A stretch of 63,222 nt of DNA, filler included, from Perkinsus chesapeaki ATCC PRA-425 (GCA_013115145.1; 5 parts of 5 records of this genome joined end to end with filler, not necessarily neighbours in it); one strand, 5' to 3'. Numbered from the whole stretch's first letter, positions 1 to 12,804 are shown. The notes: generated by a model from the letters alone, not told the origin. Numbers and translations are program-made.

Positions 1-73
1 TATCACTAGTAACATATTTCCTATCAAACTCCTTTCTATTATATCTCCTCCTCCGTATCACTAGTAACATATT
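1..73. repeat. 55-bp minisatellite, partial array at window start, inside an intron of the BTB gene
   Basis: Unit TATCACTAGTAACATATTTCCTATCAAACTCCTTTCTATTATATCTCCTCCTCCG (1-55) restarts at 56; same unit at 57423-57563 (reverse) and 61437-61507. Confidence 0.9.
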
Positions 74-83
74 CCCAGCTCAC

Positions 84-1010
84 CTCAGTTCTCAGATCAA
101 ATAGCTTCTGTTTGCATTCGCGTTCTAAGCCGCGACATTGCATATCTTTCGCAACCTCACAAAGCTCGCTCAACCTCTCCGCTGCAACATCTACACTCTG
201 GCCATATACATATCTAAAAACGTAAAACATGAAACGCTTCGCTCCGCCTTCTAACTACCTTAACACCGCTCTAACAGCCCATGTTGAAGCGACGTCCCTC
301 AAATCAAGGTACGAAACTCCCGAAGAATTTTCCGTTTCAAAAGGGCTTTTAAAACCGTCATCATTTTCCTCCGAACTCGAGTCCGCAGATGTGCTGCTGC
401 TATTCCTTCTCGTATCAAGTCTACTAATTAAAGCAGGACAACCAGCGGCCAAAATGCACCTTAAAAACGACAGGTGAGGGAATCGAACCGGATACCTTTC
501 GATTACTTGTGGGCTGGCAGAATGCTCGGCGAGGCAGATGGATAATCGACGGTGTAGATCCAAACGTCAGCCAGCTGCCCGTCGTGCTCAGTCAGCATTC
601 GCCACAGGCGATCCAGTTGCGCGTTAAGAACCTAACCAAAATCTTTACAGTATGTAAAGATTCTCCCCTCGCATAAGACAACTCGTTCGAAACGAATCAT
701 TTTCCAGAATCAATTTTCGCACATTAAAAACTTTTCTACGATCCACTGACCAACCCCAAGAATTCCCAAGACCGCGCGCCACGAAATAGCTCACATTGGC
801 TGGAGCTGCTAGTGTAAGATTCCTCTTCGTAGATTCTTCCTCCTCCTCCTCCTCCTCCTTCTCTTCGATGGTGGTGGTCGGTGATGCAGCTAACGGATGC
901 TGTGCCAAAGCTGGCAACATCAAAACCGAAACCAATAGCGATCAATAATAAATAACAAACCTACAAAAAGACCGCGCGCCACTAAATTATCCTCCCAATA
1001 CCATTCACCA
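84..1010 (-). CDS. BTB/POZ-domain protein, multi-exon, 3' end runs off the window
   Basis: Splicing introns at about 215-259 and 460-506 gives LADVWIYTV...PAHK|CILAAGCPAL...LDLRDVASTWAVRAVLR|YVYGQSVDVAAERLSELCEVAKDMQCRGLERECKQKL, the BTB pattern (DV..AHK.ILAA..; l.dv..af..ll.YvY; L...A..yq...L...C). N-terminus is hydrophobic followed by a poly-G tract. Confidence 0.8.
478..506 (-). other. tRNA T-arm/B-box fragment in 47-nt BTB intron (sense)
   Basis: Intron 460-506 reads GTAATCGAAAGGTATCCGGTTCGATTCCCTCACCTGTCGTTTTTAAG. Confidence 0.7.
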
Positions 1011-1120
1011 ATGTTGCCGGAAGAAAAAAACTTTCGGATGAAAAAGTATCGGTCGAGATTTGCAGACGGGCATACGGCCGTCTCCCTGTTCACTTCGAAC
1101 CACTACCCCTTTCACAAGGC

Positions 1121-1617
1121 ATGTCTATCCGAGACCCGTACGATGACCGTACGGCCTACCAGACGTCTAAGATTTGCACTTGCAACAGACGAGCCAATAA
1201 AGATATCGATCTGTTGTTATCTTTGAGGAGGATGTCGGGTAAGCATGAGATTGCCCACGCCCGGCATGCAGGGTTGTGCAACCAATTTTACTCCTACTAA
1301 ACGGCAGCCAAGTCATTTGCCATGATTTCTGGAACTTTAGACCAAGCACTTCGAGCCAACCCCACCGAATGGCATATGTAAAAAGCCGCTCTCAAGACCT
1401 TTATGAACACTGCGCGAGTCGTCGAGATATTCGCTCTTCTGAGAGAGCTATCCAACAAAGCACGTCGTATACGGTAGTGTTGGATGTGTCATTCCATCTC
1501 TTGCCTATAAGGCGGCGGTGATGCTCACAATGCATTGTTTGACCCTCGCCGTGGTCAATTTTCAAGATCAACTGCGCGATATTATTAGTAATAATAGCAA
1601 CTATCAAAGTTGCTAAC
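1121..1617 (+). CDS. small multi-exon hypothetical protein, divergent from the BTB gene
   Basis: ATG at 1121 (MSIRDPYDD...), GTAAGC..CAG intron at about 1239-1307, further GT..AG introns, last exon ending ...NYQSC-stop. No family recognised. Confidence 0.3.
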
Positions 1618-2525
1618 AATGTATCACCGACCGTCCCCCGGCAAAGGCGTCAAAGAGTCCCAGTGGCCAACTCAACAGGAGTGCGTGAAATTTAATAATA
1701 CCCTACAAAAGTCCATCAGTTAAGGAAGCCGACGTTCTAGCCTCCAAAGGCTCCGAGTTGCCCTCCTCAGATGCCCGTGCCGGCAATCTTGAACGGGAAG
1801 GTGCTCGTCGCTCGGATGACAGCACGCTTGCCAGCAGCGATTTACCTGACAGCAATAAAAATCTTCAGAGTGCGAAAGATTCTTGTCATTTCAGAATTGC
1901 TGATTAATATACCTAATATATTGCGGTTACCCGGCATGCTTCTAAGCATGCCCGGTTCCAATACTAATTTAATAACAACACTGATGCGTATCTTCCTCCA
2001 CGTATATGTTCATTTCCGAGCTGCCCTCATCTGCTCACCTCCTCGTCGTCGCTTCGCTCCTGGCTCCTCCTTTATCCGAACACTACCGATACCCATCTGA
2101 AATATCATACCATGACATTCTATCAAATCGATCAGTTGATCGATTTGGTTTAATTACTAAAATCACAGCCCATGCCTCTAGGATATCACACTTCACACGT
2201 CCCTGGCGGCTTGTAATTTCGTGGCGCGCGGTCCTACCGGTGTTGCTCCCGTTGCTGATGATCTTATAGATGATCGATTACTCTGCCTCAATATACTTCT
2301 TGCACTTTGACGTCTACTCATTTCAACTGCCAAATGTGATGGGGTCTCATCTGATCACAAAAATATCCTCAAAATTCTCACGCGCCATAAAATTCGACAC
2401 GATTATATCAATATTATAATCTCAAATCAAACATGTCATACAACTAAATATAAGTCATCAAATTCATTTCCCTCGAAAATCCCTTCAGATTCTCCCCAAC
2501 CCGCACGTTCGTAGGTGTGTGTAGG

Positions 2526-5500
2526 TCACCTACACATAGTCGTCAACTCCACAGAAATGATATTAGTGTTGTATTTTAACAAAACGTCCCCATACCGACT
2601 TTTCCGTTTTTTCTTTTTATTTTCTTCCTCTAACAGTCGATGTGCCAATTGCTCTCTATCCGGCTCCTGCGGTATTATAAACGTATCTTTCTCCTTACCA
2701 CCAAGTTGCAATGGTGTGCCTGAAGAAGAAAATTATTATAATACTGTTGTTATTAATAGTATAAAACTGTCAATTAATAATTATGTGAATTAGTGAATAT
2801 TAATACATTCACTATAATTAGTATATAATTATATTATATGTATTTTTTAATTAATTTATTATAATTAGTGAATTATTAATTATCACTAATTTACCCCATT
2901 GCTCGAGCCCTTGAGAAATTCCAATGAAGACGGACCCTGCAGGCATAGTAGCGGCACCCATAATCACACTATTGGATTACTCAACCATACCCACTGAAAC
3001 ACCTCCACAGACCGGAACACACAACAATGGTAAAACTCATTCCACTTATCGATATATAAATCGATATATTAATCCACCCCGAAATTCTAATTCAGAGGCA
3101 CTACAGTCGAGGCAGTGCAACCGGTTTAGATCCGCTGGTTAAAATAAGTAAGGATCCACCAATATTGACTATCTTCCAGAAAAAAAAGGAAATTAAAGTA
3201 AGCCGCCCTCCTGATTGGAAAGTTCTTGCAAAAGGCCGATCCTCTCTTACCGTCTTACTTGCTATTCGACCATAAGTCATAATAGGAGTAACATCAACAC
3301 CTGGCACCTAAACATAACAACAAACATAATCACAACAATATACATTATATAAATATACTGGCATGTCGATGATAAGAGGCAAAAGGTCACCAAAGAAGAG
3401 GCGAAAAGATTCCTTGTTAAAATTATAGTTGTCGGATAATTTCTATTATTGTTATAATTAGTAATTATAATACAGATAAAATATATCCTACATTCATTGT
3501 GCAATAATTGCAGTTCCCTTCTCTCCATCAGACGACCCAGGTTCGATTCCCACTCCCTCCATTCTCACCATCGAAGGCGTTGCTAAATACCCTCCTGGTT
3601 TGGCTGGATCAAACCGTCCAGCTAAGGCCATGCTGTTGTTGTCTCGTTCACGAATCCCTTCCTCTCGAGCAGCGGCACGATTCTCTATTTGAATCTGACC
3701 GGGAATCAACTTCACGCGCCACGAAATTAACGAGAAAGACATGCAGTTGGTTTTCTCAAAAGAAAGTAATTATCCGAAACCTTCGAACGGGAAGTTCTAC
3801 CCAGAAAATTTTCCGAAAAATGAAAACGAAGTTCATTTCCCAAATGAAAGAGTATAAATTTTCCCGAAAAATCCTTCATTTTCCGGAAAAATCCAAAATT
3901 TTCCCCAAAAAAAACAAAATTTTCCTGGAATTTACCTCAGTAAAGTCCCTCTCGTAATCTGTCGTATGAAATCTGGTATTAACATTATCCGGTTTATTTT
4001 CATACATAAATGGTTGCTTCTGCACACCATTACTATGAAATAACAATGGGTTACCTAATCACAAATCTTGCTAATCTTGCTCAACCTTGTATTTCCTCAA
4101 CGCTTACGCGCCACTGCTCCTGACGAATTCAACGCCAATGCGACTCCTTCGACTTTATCTCCGAGAGCAGCTGCTTCTTTTTTATCCGCTAGCATTGCCT
4201 ACCATCACATTTTTCTTGCGCGCCACGAAATTATGTTACATTATGTGCGTTCGCTTGTCCTTCTATCCAACTTTGTTCTTCTCGTTTCTTCTGTAAATGT
4301 TCCTCATAAGCTGATTGAAAAGATGCGTTGTCTTCCGAGCCATATCTGACAGAGTGAGTATAAAGCAGAATATCACCAGCCTTCGAAATACTGACATAGA
4401 CGGGAAGCCTAACCTTTGAAAGAAGAGCCTTCTTTCCACGGTCTATTTCAGCACCCCACTTCGCTTTACACCATTTGAAGATCTAGTCAGTGCGAGCCAA
4501 GGACGAACAAATAAAGCCGATACGAGATTAGGAGAAGCCACCTATTTGGTGTTCACCGATTAACTCTCCAACTGAAGTAATCCAATCCACAAGTGTAACA
4601 ACAAAAACCTAATATTTTATAAATCACTTGTTCCATGTCTAAGAGACACTACCAAGGAACACACTACTGATTCGCTGCCATTGCCGTTCAGAACGGTACA
4701 GTGTGTTGTGGTGCCTTTTGGGACACACAAAATATTCCTCGATGAGGAAACATGACGAGCAGCCTCAACCAAAAACAGCAAGAGATTCATACAGACAAAC
4801 AGAGAAGCCAGCTTCTTACTTGGCGTGGAAGTGATCCAATCGAACGCCCAAATCAACAATGACTCCTTTCCCGCTTGCCAATGACATATCAACCAGCTCC
4901 TTAGTATGGGCATCAATACTAATTACACTTCACATCATTCCAACCTAAAGATATGCCTACCTTCGACCTGTAAGATCTACTATTTCCTGTCCGGTACAGA
5001 AATGACTTGATGTGTTCGATGATGGCAGTCTGCTGGTAGATGACGAAGATGACGAGGAACCATCAAATTCGCCTGGGAGTGCTTTACGCGGTTCACCTAG
5101 GAAATACCAATTACATAACCGGCACCCCGAACCTAGACAACTTTGCTCATTGAAAAATCAGCTGTCAATTTTACTGGTACAACTTTCCGGGCCGCCGGCA
5201 GCTACGTCTTCATACAGTCGGTCAATTTCACGTAACTTGAGTATCAGGATGAAACGGTTATATCTATTATATTATAAGTTATAATATAATATATATGGAA
5301 TTATAATTTATAACCCCAGTTGAAACATACTGCCACTTTCCACATTTACTACCCTCCGTCCTCATTGGTGCTCCTGGTGTATAATTCATAGCGGCATTCC
5401 TGGCATTGATTCCCGGAGTCACTGGTGTCAGTCTCGCCAATTCTTCACGGAGCGCTACGGCCTGAACGGTACGATAATGGATAAAATATCAATCCCGCAA

Positions 5501-7104
5501 TTTTCTTATAACAATAATTCCCTCACAATTTGTGAGTCACAAATTTTATCCCAGGTCAGATAACATTCGAGGTCCAACGCAAATTGCGTAACTTACGCAA
5601 TGAGTAGTTAACTCGAACTCGATCAAACTTGCCATTCAATAAACCAAACAACAACTTTATTATAAAGCGCACGCTGGCCGTGCTGCACGAGAAAGCGTTC
5701 GAAGCATCGCATACTCTAGTTTACAGCCACCGTGGCTGAGCCACGTTAGTAGCAGTCATTGTGAATTACAGGACTCGAGCAAATACTTGTAACGTCTTCT
5801 AATTGACAAATCATATGTCACAGATGTTCTCGCAAGTCACAATAGACGGATAGTGGTTGGGATTCTCCGGCCGTTACATATCGACCCACCCAGGCCTTTT
5901 AAGAAATGTGGCCGTACCGAGCGAGAACCATATCGCTATTGAAGCCAGACTCCTTTATCATACTAGATAGATACTCGGTTGACACCGAGACGTACCCTCT
6001 GCCAATTGTGCTACTGCCCTATATAGCTGGGGTATTAGTCCATGCCCAAAACTCTAACTATTTCTTACATATTGGCGAGATGATTCGAAGAACTTTTTTG
6101 AATCATAACGCCGGATGATATAATATCATACATATGATTCTTCGAAATAATCATATCATGTCAGATGGTCAGCGTCCGAGTTCCAGACCCGCGGCGGGTC
6201 GCAGGTAGCGGGTCACCCGTTACCTCAGATGATAACGGATCGCATTTCTAGTTTCAGACACAGACCGCCAGACACAAATACCGACGGTACTACTGTACTA
6301 CTACTTCACCGTCTCCGAGTTGTTGGCGGAGGGGCACCGGTCTAGAATGGCTCGGAGCCAGCGGTTGCCTAGGCATATAGCCGTTAAGACAGTGATATAC
6401 GTCATAGCGTCGGGGCCATTAACTCGTAGAGGAGACATGAAGTCAATAGGGATAATTTCTCCAGCAGAAGTTACCTTTGAAACTAGTATTACAAGCCTAT
6501 TTACGCCATTTCGTTATTGGCTTTTTTTCGCAAGGTTCCCAGGCCATGCAATTCCTGCTCGCCGTGCGAGCCATTGAACCGAAATGCCGCATCTCGGTAT
6601 TTTTGAAGTGAGAGTCCATTTTAAGGTATGGTTAGGAATTAGTCGCGGTACAACATGTCCACACAATTTCGCACCCACCGGACCGGGTGCGGCGGACCCA
6701 GCGGAAGCCGCATACCATGAGTAAAGGTTACATTTACCCTCATCAACGTTACATCATAACCGATTATATGACCGTTAGCATGATATAACATCACAAGCAT
6801 GATAGAATTCACTGTTGCATTCTTGTACCAACTTGGCTGTAAACTATCCAGCTTTGACTCCATCAAAATCGACATCTTTAATCGCCCCAACTACCTGTTG
6901 ATCTCTGCCTTTCCCTTCTCTCTCACAATTCAGAATTTGTTCTTGTAAACGAAGCCTTTTAAGGTCGGGGTAATAATCACGCTCAATAATATAAGATGCT
7001 GCAGCAACATAGTCATCTTCTGACCTAAAATAATGAAAACAATATCGCAGAGCTTCGCACAAAGGGGACATACTCTCATTAAGGCACGAAGCATGAAGAT
7101 GCAC
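2526..7104 (-). CDS. ESS2: ESS2/DGCR14 (Es2) spliceosome-associated protein, multi-exon, ends uncertain (may extend toward about 1650)
   Basis: Exons give EDDYVAAASYIIERDYYPDLKRL (ESS2 EEY..L..IIQRDFFPD), ARNPLLF...VNTRF, GGYLATPSM|VPGVDVTPIMTYGRI (ATPSPAPGVNESPMMTWG) and TPLQLGG..FIIPQEPDREQLAHRL, in colinear order. Confidence 0.8.
3522..3553 (+). other. tRNA T-arm/B-box fragment near 5' end of ESS2 intron 3308-3568 (antisense to gene)
   Basis: CTCTCCATCAGACGACCCAGGTTCGATTCCCAC. Confidence 0.7.
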
Positions 7105-7962
7105 AGTGACTTATCAGCTCTTTACAAAAAGGCGTGCTTAAGAAATTTACAAGTGTTCCAAATTCTGATATACTTGGTAAGTTTTGCTAAGTATATGTTC
7201 CTAGACCAGAAGGGAATATCAAACGCATTCTGGGTAGCCTAACGTCTGATGATACGATATCATTGATACCCTCCTTGAAACAGAGGATTGGAACTTGAAG
7301 GATTATTTCAAACTTCATCGTCATACAGCAAATCTTATGATCCCTTTAATGCCGAAAACCGCCACCATATTGTACTACAAAGCCTTTGATGGAATTCGGC
7401 CAAGTTGAAATGCCTTCTGCGGTTTCCGCAAGAACTCCATCTCCTTCGCACTATAACCCGTTCGCTTGGCGCTCTCCGCTGTCACCAACGCTGTCGAGGT
7501 ATCCTTCTCATCGGCAAATTCCCGGGGAAGTGCCACCTAGACAAGTGTATCTTTTCGACATTGCTAATGCATGCTCAACCTTACAAGCTGAGTAGAAGAT
7601 TCTCCTATTCTACGACCAACTGCATTGTTGGCAGGGACCGACATAAAGCGAAAACAAAGGCAACTAGCACAGCAATGACTTGCATTATAATACTAACTCC
7701 CCTACTATACAGAAAAATATATGCCATCAATAATAATACTACTGACCACTTTAAATAAAGTCAAGCGAAATGTAGTAGAACAGCATTCAAATATCCAACA
7801 CCTCATTCTTGCCCTCCTTCCTTCGAAAGAAGTCCAAGAACGATATACACTAGTATCTTCATTGAAAATCAGCTTGGAGGAACATTTCCTATAATACTTC
7901 CTTTTCATTTCCCCATCATTTGTCCAATTAACTCAACCCCATTAAGCCTATCAACAAGAGCA

Positions 7963-8332
7963 TCATGTTATACCATTCCCTTTACCATATTTTCTATGGA
8001 CCACATAAATGATCGCTATTATTAGTACAAAACAAACCGCCATCAAAACCGCCTTATTCATCATCACTTTCCGGCTCATACTCTGGATAGTCCGCCGAGC
8101 CATCGTAAGATGCTCATCGATATCATTGAAATGATCTCTGGTGCGATTAATTATTTCTCGTTGGCCCCTGAGATACCCTTGCTGAGATTCGAACCCGGGA
8201 CCTTCCGATAGCTAGTCATGAACTACCTCAAGTCGCCCATAACTCCTAACGCGACATCCTCCGTCTCGAGAACTGTCCTCTTGGCCTCCTCTAGCTTGCG
8301 ATTCCCCGATTCCAACCTGCTACAAAAATGTA
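7963..8332 (-). CDS. VTI1: Vti1-like Qb-SNARE, C-terminal exons (SNARE motif plus tail anchor); 5' exons not resolved
   Basis: RLESGNRKLEEAKRTVLETEDVALGVMGDLR|GQREIINRTRDHFNDIDEHLTMARRTIQSMSRKVMMNKAVLMAVCFVLIIAIIYVV, joined in frame across intron 8168-8226. Confidence 0.85.
8184..8210 (-). other. tRNA T-arm/B-box fragment in 59-nt VTI1 intron (sense)
   Basis: ATCGGAAGGTCCCGGGTTCGAATCTC. Confidence 0.72.
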
Positions 8333-8722
8333 CCACCCGCCGATAAACACGTGAACGATGCACTTAGGGTCGGCAATGCTACGTTAAATATATCATCTTC
8401 ATATCGCATCTATATATTTTATATACAATTTCAAGTATATTATTCTTACTAGTATTATTTCCTACTTCTACCCTATTCTTCTGATTTGCCTTTATATAAT
8501 GTGACATTCACTTTTTTAAATACATCATATCTAATAAATTTTCTAAAAATAAGATCACCAACTTCAGAAATGTTGCCAGCCTTATGGCTTTCTAATTCCG
8601 TTTCTCCCCCATACACTAACTCTATTATTACATCACATCCGATGGGATCCCCAATAGACCAACACGTTCATCAGTCCTCTCCTCATTCACTCCATGCCGT
8701 TGGTAATGTACTACCATTATAA

Positions 8723-8897
8723 AAAGATACTCCCCAACAAAAACCCTCACAGTGCGTAAAGATACTCCCTGACGAAAGTGCGTGAAGATACTCCCTGACC
8801 AAGATCTTCACAGTGCGTAAAGATACTCCCTGACCAAGATCTTCACAGTGCGTAAAGATACTTCCCAAGAAAAACCTTCACAGTGCGTAAAGATACA
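8723..8897. repeat. 35-bp minisatellite, about 5 copies, non-coding
   Basis: Unit AAGATACTCCCTGACCAAGATCTTCACAGTGCGTA with two identical copies, one internally deleted copy and two CCCAA-AAAAACC variant copies. Confidence 0.9.
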
Positions 8898-9559
8898 CAA
8901 ACTCAACTCCTTGACATAGATGGATGAAGTATACTGAGAATCTTATCCAATAACTGACTTCTTAAAGGCAGCCACACCCCAAATGCACACTGCAACTGTT
9001 AGCACTGTAGCGATCGCCATGCCAGTTGGAGACCAATGAGCAGGGCATAACATCCACCTAATAATCGAATATTATTTACTACCTAGTATTCAAGGTCATT
9101 AATAGTTTACTAGTAGTACTATTCTTAGGATCAATTTAATTTGACTCCACTAAGGTTTAAAGTTTTGAGTCGGCATCACATAGTGCCCCACAAAGCCTAG
9201 CACCTTTAGTGCGAGCTTATGCTTATTTAAGCAGCCCCTAATTTAATCTATTACCAGTGTAAAAATGTGCTATTCCAGCAGCACTGCTAAGATAGAATGA
9301 TAATAAGCCACAATCGCTTGAGAACAGGGATTCATCTAGTCTCTTAAAAATTTATACCTGGGAGGTCGAAGCGTGCTTCTTGGTCGGAGATATGATACTA
9401 ATATATGTTATCCAACCTCGCAGAAATGGTAAGGTATTACTACTGCGGGGAAAATACAATACAGATTTTTCCCAGCAGACCAACAGCAAGCACGAAATAC
9501 CTTGTTAATAATGAAGTTCGTGTAAGGTAAAATGAGACTGCGACCCTCCAACTGATAGC

Positions 9560-10050
9560 ACTCAGTAGTACATCATGCCCTTATTATCATCATCACTAGG
9601 TAAAGTAGGAAGAGCGCCACCCATATCGCTGAAGGGGCATTTAGCACCATCAGTAGCTGCTAAACCTGATAAGAGGGGTAAAATCATATAGCATCAGTGT
9701 ATTATAATATGATATAATAATAGGGAGGTGTTGTATTAATAATATGGCGTAAATGTGTAACAAACCGCAAAAAGAAGTTCATTTTTACCATAGTGCTAGT
9801 AAAACGCTATTTCTGATGATAATGAGTAAGTCGGCGATTACATCCTACAATACCCCAATGTACGCTGGTAAGGAACGCCAGATATAGTGAAATTTTCCCA
9901 CAAAAAATAACCATATCCATTACTACCAGAGAAGGGGCATTTAGGAGCATCATCGTCTTCTTGCTTCCTATTTATCAACTTGTTTTGAGTAGTGTCATCA
10001 GATGACTTCTCGGGCATCACACTTTCTTTTGCCGATGCTGTACTAGACAT
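9560..10050 (-). CDS. hypothetical protein with two KCPFS motifs; 3' end uncertain
   Basis: MSSTASAKES...DDAPKCPFS(G) followed by a GTAGTA donor; acceptor near 9665 gives in-frame GLAATDGAKCPFSDMGG. Confidence 0.4.
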
Positions 10051-10713
10051 AATAATAACTAACACGGGAAAAATTCATATTATATTTCGTATGCAAAATA
10101 AAGTGCGTTTCCAAGATATTCGTTCAACCTTATAGGTATCTTACCATTTCCGACCCAAAGATTCGTCCCCTAGGATCCATTGGTGCGATCTCAGATTATA
10201 ATTTGTAGGGAATTGTCCATCATGACCCGTGCATGCTTTTTACGTAATACTAGCTTGTCTTGTAGATTACTTTTCGAATACTAGCTGAAATTAGCCAAAT
10301 AATCGCGCAACAAGCGCACGCCCAGATACTATTGAGTGCTCCAATCGGGACTAGCCCGGAGAGCAACTCAACGTCCATTATAAGAGTATTAAATGTTTAA
10401 TGGATAGATCCACGGTGAACAGAGGATACTGAAGATGTTGCCATTTCATTGTATCCGTTGGAGTATACAATATCGCTCGCAGTCTTGAATTTCATTCTAT
10501 CCGCTTGATGTCTGAGGGGAAGTTGGTCCCATTTTTATAAAAGATTTTTGTCGGTTTCGAGTAATATTTAATATTTGTATTTTTTATCATTCCCCATCTT
10601 TATTCCAAGTTTAATGGTAAGGCATTACAGTCTTCGAGTATAAAAGTGTCTGGCCGTTTCGAATGGCGTATCTTGAGGTTAAGCGTGCAAGATACTAATG
10701 AAGTAGGTTTCTG

Positions 10714-12573
10714 ATGCGCGAAGATTTTCCTCGCCCTGTAGATTTTTTTTCTGTAATGGTTTCATCTTCCGGCTCTTCTTCTCCTACCATTGATGTCGTT
10801 AAAAGCGACAACTCCCTCGAATGGAGTGATATATCCTTCGACGTCAATCGTCGAAACCTCTTTGGCAAGAAGCTCGAGACCAAGCGTATCCTCGACTCTG
10901 TCACCGGTAGCGCCTGCCCCGGTCAACTCGTTGCTATAATGGGCCCCTCGGGCTCTGGTAAAACAACTTTGCTTGACATCCTTGCTGATAGAGTCTCCTC
11001 TGGTAAGATCAATGGTAACATTTCCGTCAACAAGCGTCCTCGATCGACTGTTTCATTCCGAGCGGTGTCCGCCTATGTCTCCCAAGAGGACAGCCTTATT
11101 GGTTCCTTCACGGTTATCGAAACTCTACGGCAAAGTGCCCGCCTTGCCCTACCTAAAAGCGTTAAAGCCGAGGAAAGGGAGCGTCGCGTTCAACACGCTA
11201 TCGATATGATGGGTCTTAGGTCCTGCGAAAACGTTCTCATCGGTGATGTCTTTAGAAAAGGTGTTTCTGGTGGTCAGAAGCGTCGAGTAAGTGTGGCCAT
11301 AGAACTCTTGAAGGAGCCGTCTATTCTCTTGCTTGATGAGCCCACCTCTGGTCTCGACTCGGCGGCTGCCTATAATATAATGGAGTATCTTAAGAAGCTT
11401 GCTGTGGAGGACCAGTGTACTGTTATTGTCACCATACATCAACCTAGCAGTGATATTTGGTCTTCTTTATCGAAAGTATGCTTCCTGGCGAAGGGTAACG
11501 TTATATATTTCGACACCCCGGATAAGGTCCCCGAGTACTTTGCCACTGTCGGTTATCCTGTCCCGCCTTACACGAATCCAGCTGAGCATGTTTTGGATCT
11601 CACCAACACTGATTTCCCTGGTCACGGTGACGTTGATGGCCTCATCGAGCACTACAGGAAGGCCCCTCAGGAGCCTGGCTGTCAAATGCAACTGTTTCTT
11701 ATTGAAACTGCGAGCGGCAGCACTCCTGATGGTACCGTTGGTGGCCAGCAATTACCAAGCGAAAAGGAAATCTGGAAAAGTGTTCGTCCGAGCAAACTGA
11801 CTCAGTTCTGGACGCTACTGAAGAGAAACTTTATGAACAATCTTCGCAACCCGGGTATCTATTGGGTGAGGTTCGTTATGTATGTCATTCTGTCCTTTAT
11901 GATCGGCACAATGTACATACGATCGAACGACGCTCTAACGCAGTTCGACTATATTCCTATGCTCTTCTACGTCCAAGCTTTTCTGGTATTCATGGCGGTT
12001 GCTGTGCTCCCCTTCTTCGACGAGATTCGAGCGGTCTTTGCCAGGGAACGCGCCAATTCAAATCTCAACGTGTTGATGTTTGTATTGGCGAACTTCATTG
12101 CAGCTCTCCCTGGCATAGCTTTGATTGCATTGGTGTCGACTGCAATGGTGGTTGGCATCGCTGGTCTCAACGCCTTTGGTTGGTTCTTCCTTAATTTATT
12201 CCTCTCAATGGTCGTCTCAGAATCTCTAATGATGCTTCTTGGTGCGGCTACTCCTCACTACATTATTGGCATTGCCCTCGGTGCTGGTCTCTACGGTATG
12301 TTCATGCTGGTCTGTGGGTTTATGGTTCCCCGAGATAAGATACCAGCTGGATGGATCTGGGTGCATTACATCGCATTTCATACCTACGCCTTTGGTGCAT
12401 TCATGTACGCTGAGTTCCACGACGAGCCTCCTGCGGGCAATCTCATCTTGGAGCAGTTCGATCTCGAAGACACCGATCTCGGCATCAACATGGGCGTGTT
12501 GGTCGCTTGGACCGCAGGGCTGCAAATTCTATTTTATTTGGCACTTTATTTCCTCCACACTGGTCGGAGGTGA
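10714..12573 (+). CDS. ABCG/White-family half transporter (NBD-TMD), intronless; start may be ATG at 10757
   Basis: Walker A GPSGSGKT, signature VSGGQKRRV, Walker B ILLLDEPTSGLD, TIHQP, NPAEHVLD, C-terminal multi-pass ABC2 membrane domain. Confidence 0.97.
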   Translation: MREDFPRPVDFFSVMVSSSGSSSPTIDVVKSDNSLEWSDISFDVNRRNLFGKKLETKRILDSVTGSACPGQLVAIMGPSGSGKTTLLDILADRVSSGKINGNISVNKRPRSTVSFRAVSAYVSQEDSLIGSFTVIETLRQSARLALPKSVKAEERERRVQHAIDMMGLRSCENVLIGDVFRKGVSGGQKRRVSVAIELLKEPSILLLDEPTSGLDSAAAYNIMEYLKKLAVEDQCTVIVTIHQPSSDIWSSLSKVCFLAKGNVIYFDTPDKVPEYFATVGYPVPPYTNPAEHVLDLTNTDFPGHGDVDGLIEHYRKAPQEPGCQMQLFLIETASGSTPDGTVGGQQLPSEKEIWKSVRPSKLTQFWTLLKRNFMNNLRNPGIYWVRFVMYVILSFMIGTMYIRSNDALTQFDYIPMLFYVQAFLVFMAVAVLPFFDEIRAVFARERANSNLNVLMFVLANFIAALPGIALIALVSTAMVVGIAGLNAFGWFFLNLFLSMVVSESLMMLLGAATPHYIIGIALGAGLYGMFMLVCGFMVPRDKIPAGWIWVHYIAFHTYAFGAFMYAEFHDEPPAGNLILEQFDLEDTDLGINMGVLVAWTAGLQILFYLALYFLHTGRR

Positions 12574-12804
12574 TATCTCTATTATTCTATCAGCTATTTC
12601 TAGCTCGGCTCACCTCTGGTGGACGAGCTCCATATCGTAACCATCAAATTAGTCTCATCATCGACGACGTGTATCTTTTATTTTTGCTATCGTTGCCTAC
12701 TACTAATCATCATCAGTCGAAACTGAATTAGCCTCTTTGTGATACACATAATTATTTTCATTTTGTAATTGATCTGGGTTGCAGTTGTAACATATTTCCT
12801 TCAG

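Noticed and set aside
645-725. ORF-track peptide VFNVRKLILEN resembling the BTB HK.IL motif
   Set aside because: Splicing places it mostly in an intron; the true motif is PAHK|CILAA downstream.
7388-7660. Possible 58-aa spliced plus-strand gene (MEFGQVEMPS...)
   Set aside because: A splice path is constructible but there is no homology support, so it was not listed as a feature.
8723-8897. CRISPR-like appearance of the 35-bp repeat
   Set aside because: Variable parts are related or identical to each other rather than unique spacers; no cas genes; eukaryotic context.
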